From Candidatus Hermodarchaeota archaeon (lineage in GTDB: Archaea; Asgardarchaeota; Lokiarchaeia; Sigyniarchaeales; SOKP01): a stretch of DNA of 64,000 nt. Below, one piece after another: positions 10,428 to 20,047 of this stretch (the stretch's first letter is position 1; the number at the start of each line of letters is the position of its first letter). Location: NCBI GenBank assembly GCA_048885925.1, contig JBHLLG010000002.1, positions 77,569 through 141,568 on the forward strand, read 5' to 3'. The position numbers were made by a program, and so were the translations under genes. The notes under the pieces are model-generated. The model was not told the DNA's origin. It worked only from the letters and a program-made list of their open reading frames with translations, and ran no database searches.

Positions 10428-10748
10428 ATGTCTCTTCAGTATGCCAAAAAAAGAATAATTAAGGATATTGCTCTTGACGATGAGCGAATTCAAGTTACTG
10501 GATATATAAAAAATAAAATTGATGATAATCATATTATTTTAAATGATAAAACTGGAGAAATAAACGTGAATATTAAGAGTGTAGAGAATTTTAACTTTAA
10601 AGTAAATGATCTGATTAATGTAATAGGAGATCTTGAATTCCAATCTTCCGGAGAAAAATTAATTAATGCTGATATTGTTCAAGATATGAATAAATTGAAT
10701 TTCGAATATTATCAAAAAATATATCAGCTTAAAAAAGAATTAGAGTGA
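10428..10748 (+). CDS. Single OB-fold protein, RPA14/RPA3-like
   Basis: IKDI..DDERIQVTG..LNDKTG..INVIG..ADIVQDM followed by a C-terminal helix; resembles Thermococcales RPA14. Confidence 0.7.
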   Translation: MSLQYAKKRIIKDIALDDERIQVTGYIKNKIDDNHIILNDKTGEINVNIKSVENFNFKVNDLINVIGDLEFQSSGEKLINADIVQDMNKLNFEYYQKIYQLKKELE

Positions 10749-10778
10749 ATTTAATAACTTATATTCCTTCAGAGGATT

Positions 10779-11147
10779 TTACTCATCTAAAAATCTTTGT
10801 ATTTCAATTGTATATCCATTAGGATCTTTACAGAAGAAGTGATAAATATTAAATTTTTGATTGATTTTTGGCTTTTCTGGAATATCTAACCCCAAATTAA
10901 TCAATTTGCCATAAACCTTGTCAACATCTTCCGTAACGAAGGTAATAATTGGACTTTTATCATTATGAATAACTGATATATGTTTGCAGAATCCTATTTT
11001 ACTTTGTTCATTAATGTTAAAAATTAAACAGACTCCTTGATCTTTATATACTGTTAAACCTAAATAATTTTGATAAAAATTTGATGTCATATTTAGATCT
11101 TTCGTCCCTAAAAAAGTAATAAATTCCTTATATCGCATAAAACTCAT
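10779..11147 (-). CDS. VOC/glyoxalase family protein
   Basis: FY...LGL, ITFVTEDVD, FFCKDPNGYTIEIQ. Confidence 0.88.
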   Translation of the reverse strand: MSFMRYKEFITFLGTKDLNMTSNFYQNYLGLTVYKDQGVCLIFNINEQSKIGFCKHISVIHNDKSPIITFVTEDVDKVYGKLINLGLDIPEKPKINQKFNIYHFFCKDPNGYTIEIQRFLDE

Positions 11148-11269
11148 TCTTAGTAATTATTTATATTCATTAAATCATAATTTTATTTTCATTTATAGAT
11201 AAGATAAAACTTATTAAATATTAATATTTTTTAAGATTATCTTTACTGATGTAGAACAATGCAATCAAT

Positions 11270-11605
11270 ATGGTCGAATTTTGCCCCGAATGTTCTAACC
11301 TTTTACGCAAGAGAATCGAAAACAATCATTCATTTTTAGTATGTAAGTGTGGTTATCAAAAAGAACTCAATCCTAATAATAATGAGATTGAAATTAATAT
11401 TAAAAAGAAAAAAAAGGCTTTAGAAAAGAATTTATTAGTTATTTCTGAAGATGACAAAATTCTAGTACATCCAATAACTAAGAAAGATTGTCCTAAATGT
11501 GGCAATCTTGAAGCAGAAACCTGGCAAGTTCAAATAAGGAGTTCTGATGAACCAGCTACTCATTTTTTTAGATGTACTGAGTGTAAAAACACTTGGCGCG
11601 AGTAA
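11270..11605 (+). CDS. tfs: Transcription factor S (TFS/RpoM)
   Basis: Two zinc ribbons; QIRSSDEPATHFFRC with the catalytic DE retained. Confidence 0.93.
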   Translation: MVEFCPECSNLLRKRIENNHSFLVCKCGYQKELNPNNNEIEINIKKKKKALEKNLLVISEDDKILVHPITKKDCPKCGNLEAETWQVQIRSSDEPATHFFRCTECKNTWRE

Positions 11606-11655
11606 TTAAGTAATTTAGAAAGTAAGATCATATTACTCAGGTATAATTGAATTAG

Positions 11656-11675
11656 CGTGAAAGAACAGTTTCACG
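11656..11675. terminator. Hairpin CGTGAAA-N6-TTTCACG between convergent tfs and rps27e
   Basis: Perfect 7-bp inverted repeat with outer TTGAAT/ATTCAA arms, in a convergent intergenic gap. Confidence 0.35.
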
Positions 11676-11717
11676 AAGAATTTTATTCAATATTTTTTGA
11701 TTTCAGAAAGAATATCC

Positions 11718-11924
11718 TTAAGAAAGAACTTCTAAAATTTTAGTAAGAATTCTAGCTTTACCCCCTGTGGATTGAAGCAATAATTTTCCACAAACTAAAC
11801 ATTCTACATCAGTGGCGGAACAACCAAAAATAATCTGTTGATTACCACAATTTAAACACTTTACACGCAAAAATCTACTTTTTGGCTGTGGAATAAGTTC
11901 TTTTTCTTTTCGCTTATGTACCAT
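11718..11924 (-). CDS. rps27e: 30S ribosomal protein S27e
   Basis: [29 protein letters not shown]. Confidence 0.97.
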   Translation of the reverse strand: MVHKRKEKELIPQPKSRFLRVKCLNCGNQQIIFGCSATDVECLVCGKLLLQSTGGKARILTKILEVLS

Positions 11925-11939
11925 AGATACTCACTTTTT

Positions 11940-12221
11940 TTATACTTCAGTAATTTCAAGTCTTTTTACACGATAGGATTTTGCATACTGTTTTTTATTG
12001 CATTCAGAACATTCTAACACTGGGGTTGATTTCTTATTAATCTTGGCATTAGCATGAAAAATTTCTTTCGGAAAAGAGCCGTAACCCCTTTTATGTCTCT
12101 CTAACCGACGTCTTCCATGGTTTAGAGCTCTTTCTTTCCCTTTTTTATATAAAGAGACATTATGAATTGTATGAGCGCGGCAATAAGGGCAGTATCTTCG
12201 TATTGTGCGGGGATATTTCAT
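11940..12221 (-). CDS. rpl44e: 50S ribosomal protein L44e
   Basis: MKYPRTIRRYCPYCRAHTIH, GYG, C..CNK. Confidence 0.96.
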   Translation of the reverse strand: MKYPRTIRRYCPYCRAHTIHNVSLYKKGKERALNHGRRRLERHKRGYGSFPKEIFHANAKINKKSTPVLECSECNKKQYAKSYRVKRLEITEV

Positions 12222-12380
12222 TTTAATTTACCAATCTTATCTAATTACTAAAGGTAATTATTTATAAATTTTAAATTTTATTAGTTCTGTTATTTCTTTT
12301 TGAATAGGGATTATTTAATAAAAAATAATTTAAATCTTATTTGCATAATGTTAATAACAACAAATTGATTGAGAATTGAA

Positions 12381-13298
12381 ATGTTCAAAGAGAAAATTAG
12401 GGAAGGTATAATAAGTGCAAAGCAATTTGATAGAGAAGATATTGAATATATTTTGAAGAAGGGTAAAGAAATGATAGAAATAAAGAATTCAAATCTTCTT
12501 CAAGGAAAAATCTTAGCTACATTATTTTTTGAACCATCTACTCGAACCCGTCTTAGCTTTGAATCTGCTATGTATAGATTAGGAGGAAACGTGATTGGAT
12601 TTCACTCTGGAGATGTATCTTCCATAAAAAAAGGTGAAAGTATTGCAGATACGATAAGAACTGTAGAAAATTATAGCGATTGTATCGTCATGAGACATTC
12701 ACTTGAAGGAGCGGCAAAAATGGCATCAAAATTTGCTAAAATTCCTATTATTAATGCTGGGTCTGGAAGTGGAGAGCATCCAACTCAGGGATTATTGGAT
12801 TTATTAACCATTACAGAAGAAATTGGATCTTTAGACGGTTTGAATATAGGAATAATGGGTGATCTAAAATATGGCAGAACTGTCCATTCACTTTCAATTT
12901 TATTGTCTCTATTTGATGTAAATCTATATTTTATAAGTCCCGAAAGTCTAAAAATGAGAAACCGAGATATGGATTTTTTACAACAACGGCAAGTTAAATA
13001 TAAAGAGATTAAAAGTTATAGAAAAATATTGGACATTTTAGATGTTCTTTATATGACACGAATCCAAAAAGAAAGATTTGTTGATCTTGAAGAATATGAG
13101 AAGGTAAAAGATTTTTATGTGTTTCGAGAAGATGATCTCGAAAATACAAAAGATAATTTCAGATTATTGCATCCTCTTCCTCGAGTTACAGAAATTTCTC
13201 CAAATGTTGATGGTTCAGAAAAAGCAATTTACTTTAAACAGACACATTATGGTATTCCTATGAGGAAAGCACTCTTAGCAGAATTAATGTTAGACTAA
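12381..13298 (+). CDS. pyrB: Aspartate carbamoyltransferase catalytic subunit
   Basis: FFEPSTRTRLSF, EHPTQ, GDLKYGRTVHS, HPLPR. Confidence 0.97.
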   Translation: MFKEKIREGIISAKQFDREDIEYILKKGKEMIEIKNSNLLQGKILATLFFEPSTRTRLSFESAMYRLGGNVIGFHSGDVSSIKKGESIADTIRTVENYSDCIVMRHSLEGAAKMASKFAKIPIINAGSGSGEHPTQGLLDLLTITEEIGSLDGLNIGIMGDLKYGRTVHSLSILLSLFDVNLYFISPESLKMRNRDMDFLQQRQVKYKEIKSYRKILDILDVLYMTRIQKERFVDLEEYEKVKDFYVFREDDLENTKDNFRLLHPLPRVTEISPNVDGSEKAIYFKQTHYGIPMRKALLAELMLD

Positions 13299-13332
13299 TT
13301 TGTTATATGTTTATTTTATTTTTGTTTTATTA

Positions 13333-15318
13333 TTAAAACAAACAATCTTTTAGAGAAATCGCACTGATTTTAGAATCAAATAAGTTATTCAATAATTCCG
13401 GTAATGAATTTTCATTAGTATTCATTTTTCCAGTGAAAATAACTCCTTTATTAATGACTTCTTGAAATTTTTTAAATAACAAGATCCTTTTATCAAGAGA
13501 AAGACTTGATTCATTTCTTATTAGTTCAGAGGAAAATCCATTTAATTTTTGGTTGTAGGGTATAGTTTCATTATAACATGTATCATTTAAATAAGAGTCG
13601 TTATGGGGTTGGTTCAGAATAAAATAGTTATTATCAACTTCATTTCGCTCTTCAATAAGGTCTCTCATTAATGACAGGATTCTTAGAGCAAAAGTTTCGC
13701 TGGATTTTGTTCTATCAAGTTCAATTCCGCAATGGTTTAATATTGCTTCATTTAAGCCAAAAAAGCTAATAGATTTTAAGGCATTTTTAAATAAATTTTT
13801 TTGAGGTATATTGAAAATTCGTGTGGTTATAGTGTTCCATGAATCAAGAGCTTTTAATTTCTTCTGTACTAATCTTTCTTTATGTTTAAACAAATCGAAT
13901 ACAGAATTTATTTTATCTTGAATTAGTTCCAAAAATAACCCGTCATTTTGTTTTGCGTTTACAGAAATCGTATATAAATTTATCAAGATCTTATCTAGAA
14001 CAATTGTATCTTCGTTGCGATTATCTATTTGAGTAATAATGGAATTGAATAGATTCGAATAGTCTTTTTCATATATAATTAAATTATTACCCTTTAACCC
14101 CGAGATAAATTTACTGATAGATTCACTACTTAATTCTGAAGAAAAATATTTAGAATATTCAAAAAGAAGTAGCGGTCTTATAAGATCTGGGTTGAAATTA
14201 TTCATTGAATTAAGAAATTGTTTATCAATTTCATTTTGAATTGATAAATTTTCAATTAATTTTCCATTATAAGTAAAATCTAATGATAAATGAGTTTTAC
14301 CATCGTTAATTCGATTATTAAACCGGAGAATTTGAGTAGTTAATAAATCCAAACTAAATGAACTAATTTTAGGTAATTGTAAATAGAAGAGAAATTGACA
14401 ATTAAAATCACCTAAAAGTAAATCTTCAGTATAAAATTGCTTTAATTGATATAAAATATTACTAAAATTAGTAATTAAATTGATTCCATCTTTACGTCTT
14501 TCTATTATTTTAGGTTTCATTGACATCTTTTTAAAGAAATAATCAATTAGTGTTTTAGCATTTACATATAAACCAGTTGGTCTTAAGCTCCAATAATTAA
14601 GATTAAGTAAAGCAATTTCACCCGATAGATATAAGTCAGCAAGATTTTTTGGTAGAAGATTTAAAAGTAAAAATTGTTCAGAAACATCCGAACCTAATTT
14701 TTTAATAAAATCTTCAGGAGCCAGTTCATTATTCTTAGAATTAAAAAGTTGAAATGCCTCGAATGGAGGTGTTCCTAAACGGGTTAATTTATGTCTAACT
14801 TCCTCTAGACCATTTTCTAACAAAATTGCGTTTATGTATTCGCGCATTAATGGTGCTGTCATGTAATCTATATTTGTCTTAGAAAGACGTTCTTCTACTT
14901 CATGTGCGATTTGTTTAGCTAAATAACGCTCTAATTCACCCTCTCTTATTAAATATTCTTCAATTTTGCTTGAATCAAATACTTCTTTTGAATATTTTGA
15001 TGTTCGGATTATTTTAATTTTATTTTGCTTATTTAAAATCTGCTCAATTGATAAAATTTTATCAATAATTTGCTCTCCTAATAAAGATATTGAATATCCT
15101 TCTTCAGAGGATTGAATTAATTTACTTCTTTTTAAGATTTTTAAATGGAATGATAAATTAACAGAAGTTAGGTTATTATCTAATATATCTTTCTGAAGTT
15201 TTGAAAAAGGTATTGGTACTTGAGCGTTTTTTAATTTTCTTAAAATCTCAATCCTAACCTTTTGACCTATTGTTTTTAATTGTTTTTCTAGAATTGTTTG
15301 TTTTTTGTCGGTATCCAA
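13333..15318 (-). CDS. ArsR-type wHTH + ATP-cone + degenerate class III ribonucleotide reductase (NrdD-like) fusion
   Basis: N-terminal RIEILRKL..LSFHLKILK wHTH; ATP cone IIRTSK..FDSSKI..TAPLMREYIN..TRLG; NrdD-like SISFFGLNEA..CG..LRILSLM. No C-terminal zinc ribbon or glycyl-radical loop. Confidence 0.75.
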   Translation of the reverse strand: MDTDKKQTILEKQLKTIGQKVRIEILRKLKNAQVPIPFSKLQKDILDNNLTSVNLSFHLKILKRSKLIQSSEEGYSISLLGEQIIDKILSIEQILNKQNKIKIIRTSKYSKEVFDSSKIEEYLIREGELERYLAKQIAHEVEERLSKTNIDYMTAPLMREYINAILLENGLEEVRHKLTRLGTPPFEAFQLFNSKNNELAPEDFIKKLGSDVSEQFLLLNLLPKNLADLYLSGEIALLNLNYWSLRPTGLYVNAKTLIDYFFKKMSMKPKIIERRKDGINLITNFSNILYQLKQFYTEDLLLGDFNCQFLFYLQLPKISSFSLDLLTTQILRFNNRINDGKTHLSLDFTYNGKLIENLSIQNEIDKQFLNSMNNFNPDLIRPLLLFEYSKYFSSELSSESISKFISGLKGNNLIIYEKDYSNLFNSIITQIDNRNEDTIVLDKILINLYTISVNAKQNDGLFLELIQDKINSVFDLFKHKERLVQKKLKALDSWNTITTRIFNIPQKNLFKNALKSISFFGLNEAILNHCGIELDRTKSSETFALRILSLMRDLIEERNEVDNNYFILNQPHNDSYLNDTCYNETIPYNQKLNGFSSELIRNESSLSLDKRILLFKKFQEVINKGVIFTGKMNTNENSLPELLNNLFDSKISAISLKDCLF

Positions 15319-15345
15319 TTTTCTTATTGCCTTAATAATCTTTCA

Positions 15346-15553
15346 TTAAATCTGCTTAACTAAATAATAAGTTTAACAGTTATATAAAAATTTAGCAATT
15401 TTCTAAATTTTAAATGGATTTAGATAATATGTAGGTGATATGAAACTTTTCTTTAAGAAAGATAATCTTGTAAGTAAATCAATTTTATTCATAAAAAACT
15501 TAACTTCTTCAGTTAATAATGTCGCATTATTTAAAATATAAAGATTGGACTCC
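15346..15553. repeat. Duplicated upstream region, copy 1 (copy 2 at 18028-18235)
   Basis: About 208 bp, highly similar and colinear with 18028-18235 (offset 2682). Confidence 0.9.
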
Positions 15554-15556
15554 AAT
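15544..15556. promoter_or_regulatory. Palindromic operator-like motif ATTGGACTCCAAT
   Basis: The same motif occurs at 17173-17189 (perfect), 18224-18235 and 17996-18007 (partial). Confidence 0.55.
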
Positions 15557-15634
15557 TTTGTTATATTTCATTTAAATGGGTTAAAAGTTGTAATTAAAAA
15601 TTCGAAAAATCTAACAAAAAAGGTGAAAACTATT

Positions 15635-17128
15635 ATGGTAAAGAGAAAACAATTTACTGAATTAGTTTTAGTAGAAACAGATAAAGAGATTTTAGAGGAA
15701 AGGGGCAAAAATCTTTTCCAAATAGATTTCTTAAAGGCAGCAATGATATTTTTAGTTATATTTGATCATATGGTAGCATGGGGGGTAAAAGATCAGATGG
15801 GTGTTACCTTATGGGAAAGGATCTCAATTCCGGTCTTTTTAGTGATAATGGGATTTAATATGGGACTTTCTTTTCAAAGAAGAGGAGTTTCCAAGTTAAA
15901 GGAATTATACTCCTGGAGTTATTTTAAAAGTAAAATTTTACGATATATCGTACCATTTCTTGTATTATATGGATTTTCTACGATAATTGGACTAAGTTTT
16001 TATCAATTTAATATTACAGCGATGTACCATGGACAATATTATCCAGAACATGGATTTATTCAATTATTTACCGGAATTTTACCATTTTGGGGTGCTGGAA
16101 ATTGGTTTATTCCTGTAATTCTCGGTTCAATAGTAATATTCCCATTACTATATTGGGCATTTACTAAGAAACCAATCCTAACATTAATTCTTTGTTTTGC
16201 TGTTGAGATCATAATGCAATTAATTGTATTTTTCGTAATAGGACAAATTACAACTTGGGAAGAAGCGCATATTGTTAATTTATTTATGACAAGTTTTCCA
16301 TTCTATCTATCTGCTATAGGATTAGGTCTGTGGTTTTCATTTAATCGTAAGCCTTTTTCAAGACGTAACTTGTTTATCTGGATTTTATTTCCAATTAGTT
16401 TAACATATATGATATTCTACCAATTCTTCGATTTTCGATTCCGAATCGGGGATGTTCCACTATTCAGAGGAGATTACCTTTTCTTAATATTTCCATACTC
16501 AACAGTATTATTTCTATTAGTAATGATGATATTACCTCAGAAGTCAGACAACAAATTTTCACGAGCAATTTCATTAATAGGAAAGTCAACATATCATATA
16601 TTACTTACTCAAATGTTGGGTTACGGAATAATTTTTATGTGGAGAAATACAACTTTTCTTATAGATGTTGGATTCACATTTTTGGAGGCATTGCTCTTAA
16701 TATTTGCTTGGATGATATTTATCCCTTTCGGTATTCTATGGTATAAAATTGATCAAGAAACAAATTTAATTAAGCGTTTGTTATACTATGTAAATTTCTT
16801 CTTAGTTTATGGCGGTTTAGTACATTTCATCTTTATTTACATTTATTATATATTGCATCCAACCTTTAATGCGTGGATACCAATCACTTTGATTGTTATG
16901 CTTATTTATGGGGCTGCAGGACTAATCATTAAATTTTTTGTGAAAAAACCAATTAAAACGACTACTCTGGCTATTTGGACATCATTTTTAGTATATAATT
17001 TCTTTATTTCAGTACTATACATTGAAATTCTCCCTCCTACTGAGTATTTGGTACAAAATATTTCCACAGGTACATTCCTCATCTTCGCAATAATAGGTAC
17101 AGTTTTAGATTATACTCTTAGGAAATAA
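15635..17128 (+). CDS. Acyltransferase-3 (OafA/YrhL-like) membrane O-acyltransferase, paralog 1
   Basis: QIDFLKA.MIFLVIFDH, IPVFLVIMG, GNWF, IGKSTYHILLTQ. SD AGGTGA precedes ATG 15635; the track start at 15545 is too long. Confidence 0.85.
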   Translation: MVKRKQFTELVLVETDKEILEERGKNLFQIDFLKAAMIFLVIFDHMVAWGVKDQMGVTLWERISIPVFLVIMGFNMGLSFQRRGVSKLKELYSWSYFKSKILRYIVPFLVLYGFSTIIGLSFYQFNITAMYHGQYYPEHGFIQLFTGILPFWGAGNWFIPVILGSIVIFPLLYWAFTKKPILTLILCFAVEIIMQLIVFFVIGQITTWEEAHIVNLFMTSFPFYLSAIGLGLWFSFNRKPFSRRNLFIWILFPISLTYMIFYQFFDFRFRIGDVPLFRGDYLFLIFPYSTVLFLLVMMILPQKSDNKFSRAISLIGKSTYHILLTQMLGYGIIFMWRNTTFLIDVGFTFLEALLLIFAWMIFIPFGILWYKIDQETNLIKRLLYYVNFFLVYGGLVHFIFIYIYYILHPTFNAWIPITLIVMLIYGAAGLIIKFFVKKPIKTTTLAIWTSFLVYNFFISVLYIEILPPTEYLVQNISTGTFLIFAIIGTVLDYTLRK

Positions 17129-17172
17129 ATCTTTTTTTTTTTTATTATTTAGTTTTAATTAAACGAAATGAA

Positions 17173-17189
17173 AAATTGGACTCCAATTT
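17173..17189. promoter_or_regulatory. Perfect palindrome AAATTGGA-C-TCCAATTT just upstream of a TATA-like element
   Basis: 8-bp arms; followed by TTTAATATATAAA and the gene starting at 17264. Confidence 0.6.
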
Positions 17190-17263
17190 AGTTTAATATA
17201 TAAATAATAATATTATTTTTTAACATTAGATTTATTTTTAAATATAAAATAAGAGGTTGTTTT

Positions 17264-17935
17264 ATGCCTTTAAATGAAATTAGAAAGAAGCTCAGTATAG
17301 GGACTACTGGATTATGGATTATTTTTGGGATTGTTACCATTGTAATGATAGCTCTTTTGGTAGGCGAAGTTTTTGGACCTTATGATTATTGGATTTCAAT
17401 AATTGCTATTGGAGTTGTACTAATATTAGCAATTGCTGCTACTATTGTTGATTTAAGTTCTAAAAGGAAAGGAAAAGTAGGCATTATAGGAATATGGACT
17501 ATTTTTGGAATGACTTTTATTGTTTTTGCTGCTCTAATCATAGGAGAAGTTTTTGGACCCGATGATTTTTGGATTCCTATAATCCCTGTTGGTACTTTAC
17601 TGATTCTAGCGATTATCGCCACAATTTATGAATATATATCTGGAGATGTAAGATTTTGTCCTATATGCGGAAAAAGATTTGAGAAAAAATGGGATTTTTG
17701 TCAAGAATGTGGTTCAAGAGTTCTTATGAATTGCCCATCATGTGGTACAAAAATAAAAGGGAATCCGAAATTTTGCGTCAAATGTGGAATAAATTTAAGT
17801 GAAATTGAAGTAATTCAAACTTCTTCTCCTAGTTTTAAATTTAAAAGAGAAGGATATACAAAATTATGTAGGCAATGTGGAGCACCAGCTAAACCTGATG
17901 CTAAATACTGCGTATATTGTGGTGCTTCTCAATAA
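17264..17935 (+). CDS. Membrane protein with internal 2-TM tandem repeat and three C-terminal zinc ribbons
   Basis: GLWIIFG..GEVFGP.DYWI..LILAI.ATI occurs twice; CxxCG...CxxCG occurs three times. Confidence 0.8.
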   Translation: MPLNEIRKKLSIGTTGLWIIFGIVTIVMIALLVGEVFGPYDYWISIIAIGVVLILAIAATIVDLSSKRKGKVGIIGIWTIFGMTFIVFAALIIGEVFGPDDFWIPIIPVGTLLILAIIATIYEYISGDVRFCPICGKRFEKKWDFCQECGSRVLMNCPSCGTKIKGNPKFCVKCGINLSEIEVIQTSSPSFKFKREGYTKLCRQCGAPAKPDAKYCVYCGASQ

Positions 17936-18027
17936 TTTTTTTTACTTTTACGAATTAAAGTTATAGCATTTTAAACTGAACTTTATTGTCAATAAAAATT
18001 GGACTACTTTATAATTTACTTCTTTCT

Positions 18028-18235
18028 TTAAATCTGCTTAACTAAATAATATGGTTCACAATTATATAAAAATTTAGGAATATTCCAAGTAATCAATGGA
18101 TTTAGGTAATATGTAGGTGATATGAAACTTTTTTTTAAGAAAGATAATCTTATAAGTAAATCAATTTTATTCATATAAAATTTAACTTCTTTAGTTAATG
18201 ATGTCCCATTATTTAAGATATAAAAATTGGACTCC
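18028..18235. repeat. Duplicated upstream region, copy 2
   Basis: Colinear with 15346-15553. Confidence 0.9.
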
Positions 18236-18316
18236 TTATTTATTATAATTCTTTTTTTTTGCAATAATATTATCTTAATGTTTCTTAAAGAATTTAAATA
18301 AAAAAGTGAAACTTAA

Positions 18317-19783
18317 ATGAAAGATAGAAAAACAGATACAAAAGTAGTTTTAGTAGAAACTGAAAAAGATTTCCTAGAAGAAAGTAGAGAGAGATTCTTC
18401 CAAGTAGATGTTCTAAAAGCAATTATGATCTTTTTAGTCATATTCGATCATATGGTATCCTGGGAAGTAAAAAGAGAGATAGGTGTGTCCTTATGGGAAA
18501 GGATCTCAATTCCGGTCTTTTTAGTAATAATGGGCTTTAATATGGGGATTTCATTTCAAAAAAAAGGAGTCCAATCATTAAAAGAATTATATTCTTGGAG
18601 CTACTTTAAAAGTAAGATTTTACGGTATATTTTACCATTTCTAGTTTTGTATGCAGCTTCAACGTTTATAGGCTTATTTATGTACGGATTTGATCTCTCA
18701 GCAATGTATCATGGACAAAATTACCCAGATCGTGGCTTTATACTCTTATTTATAGGATTTTTGCCATTTTGGGGCCCTGGAAATTGGTTTCTTCCAGTAA
18801 TTTTTGGATCTATCTTAATATTTCCTTTATTATATTGGGCATTTACAAAGAAACCAATCCTAACATTAATTCTTTGTTTCGCTGTTGAGATCATAATGCA
18901 ATTGATTGTATTTTTCGTTATAGGACAAATTACAACTTGGGAAGAAGCGCATTATTACAATTTATTCGCGACCAGCGTTTTATTCTATCTATCTGCTATA
19001 GGATTAGGTCTGTGGTTTTCATTTAATCGTAAGCCTTTTTCAAGACGTAACTTGTTTATCTGGATTTTATTTCCAATTAGTTTAACATATATGATATTCT
19101 ACCAATTCTTCGATTTTCGATTCCGAATCGGGGATGTTCCACTATTCAGAGGAGATTACCTTTTCTTAATATTTCCATATTCTGCGTTTTTATTTCTACT
19201 GGCAATGAGATTTTTACCTCAAAAGTCTGAAGGGGGAATTTCTCGAGCGATATCTTTAATTGGAAAATCAACATACCATATTTTACTTACACAAATATTA
19301 GGTTACGGTATGATCTATGCTTTTTGGGGCACTCATTATGGTATTACTGCTGGTTTTGGACCTGAAAAAATAATAGACATGATTGTACTCTGGATCTTTT
19401 TCATCTCATTTGGAATTTTATGGTATAAAATAGATCAAAATAAAGACTTACGACGACGCGCCTTATATTATATCAACTTTTTTATAGTATTTGCATCACT
19501 CTTGCTTTTAACTTTCTGGGTTCAAGAATTTTGGGTACCAATACCTCTTTTGATAATTATTATTTATGCTATTGTAGCTTTAATCACCAAGTTTATCATT
19601 AAAAAACCGCTTCAAACAGGGAGTCTTAGTTTATGGACTATATTTTTAATGATGGCCTTTATAATGATGATTCTTCAAGTAGAAATATTTCAACCGAAAA
19701 GAGTTTGGATTACCTTCATTCCAATTGCGATTACTCTCTCTCTTGCGATTGTTGGGACTTATTTAGATTATAAACTAAGTTAA
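18317..19783 (+). CDS. Acyltransferase-3 family membrane O-acyltransferase, paralog 2
   Basis: Same motifs as paralog 1; SD AAAAGTGA 7 nt before ATG. Confidence 0.85.
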   Translation: MKDRKTDTKVVLVETEKDFLEESRERFFQVDVLKAIMIFLVIFDHMVSWEVKREIGVSLWERISIPVFLVIMGFNMGISFQKKGVQSLKELYSWSYFKSKILRYILPFLVLYAASTFIGLFMYGFDLSAMYHGQNYPDRGFILLFIGFLPFWGPGNWFLPVIFGSILIFPLLYWAFTKKPILTLILCFAVEIIMQLIVFFVIGQITTWEEAHYYNLFATSVLFYLSAIGLGLWFSFNRKPFSRRNLFIWILFPISLTYMIFYQFFDFRFRIGDVPLFRGDYLFLIFPYSAFLFLLAMRFLPQKSEGGISRAISLIGKSTYHILLTQILGYGMIYAFWGTHYGITAGFGPEKIIDMIVLWIFFISFGILWYKIDQNKDLRRRALYYINFFIVFASLLLLTFWVQEFWVPIPLLIIIIYAIVALITKFIIKKPLQTGSLSLWTIFLMMAFIMMILQVEIFQPKRVWITFIPIAITLSLAIVGTYLDYKLS

Positions 19784-19894
19784 ATAATAATATTATTTTT
19801 TTCTCCTTCTTATATTTAGACTATAATTTTACCAAAAGTTTTTTTAAATTACTTTTAAAAGTCCCAATAGTTTATTTTTTTAATATTTGTGTAA

Positions 19895-20047
19895 TTAATT
19901 GATTAAATAATAAGATTTCTTCTTTGACTCGTTAATTTTAATTTCTTTAACAATTTCTTTGAATGCCTTTTTATAATAATCTTTTGGACTCATTTCCTGC
20001 ATTTTTTCATTTTTCGTTAACCATTTTCGCCTTTTTAGAGGTTCCAT
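19895..20047 (-). CDS. Small basic hypothetical protein (50 aa)
   Basis: MEPLKRRKWLTKNEKMQEMSPKDYYKKAFKEIVKEIKINESKKKSYYLIN*, with GGAG upstream of the ATG; below the track length cutoff. Confidence 0.55.
   Translation of the reverse strand: MEPLKRRKWLTKNEKMQEMSPKDYYKKAFKEIVKEIKINESKKKSYYLIN

Noticed and set aside
15545-15634. Track's longer TTG start for acyltransferase 1
   Set aside because: It falls inside the palindromic motif; the SD and the paralog alignment support ATG 15635.
18028-18264. 78-aa minus-strand ORF, and a plus-strand AGGTGAT-ATG mini-ORF, in the duplicated upstream region
   Set aside because: Neither frame is preserved between the two copies (premature TAG in copy 1 for the minus ORF; 33 versus 18 aa for the plus ORF), so the block is more likely regulatory DNA.
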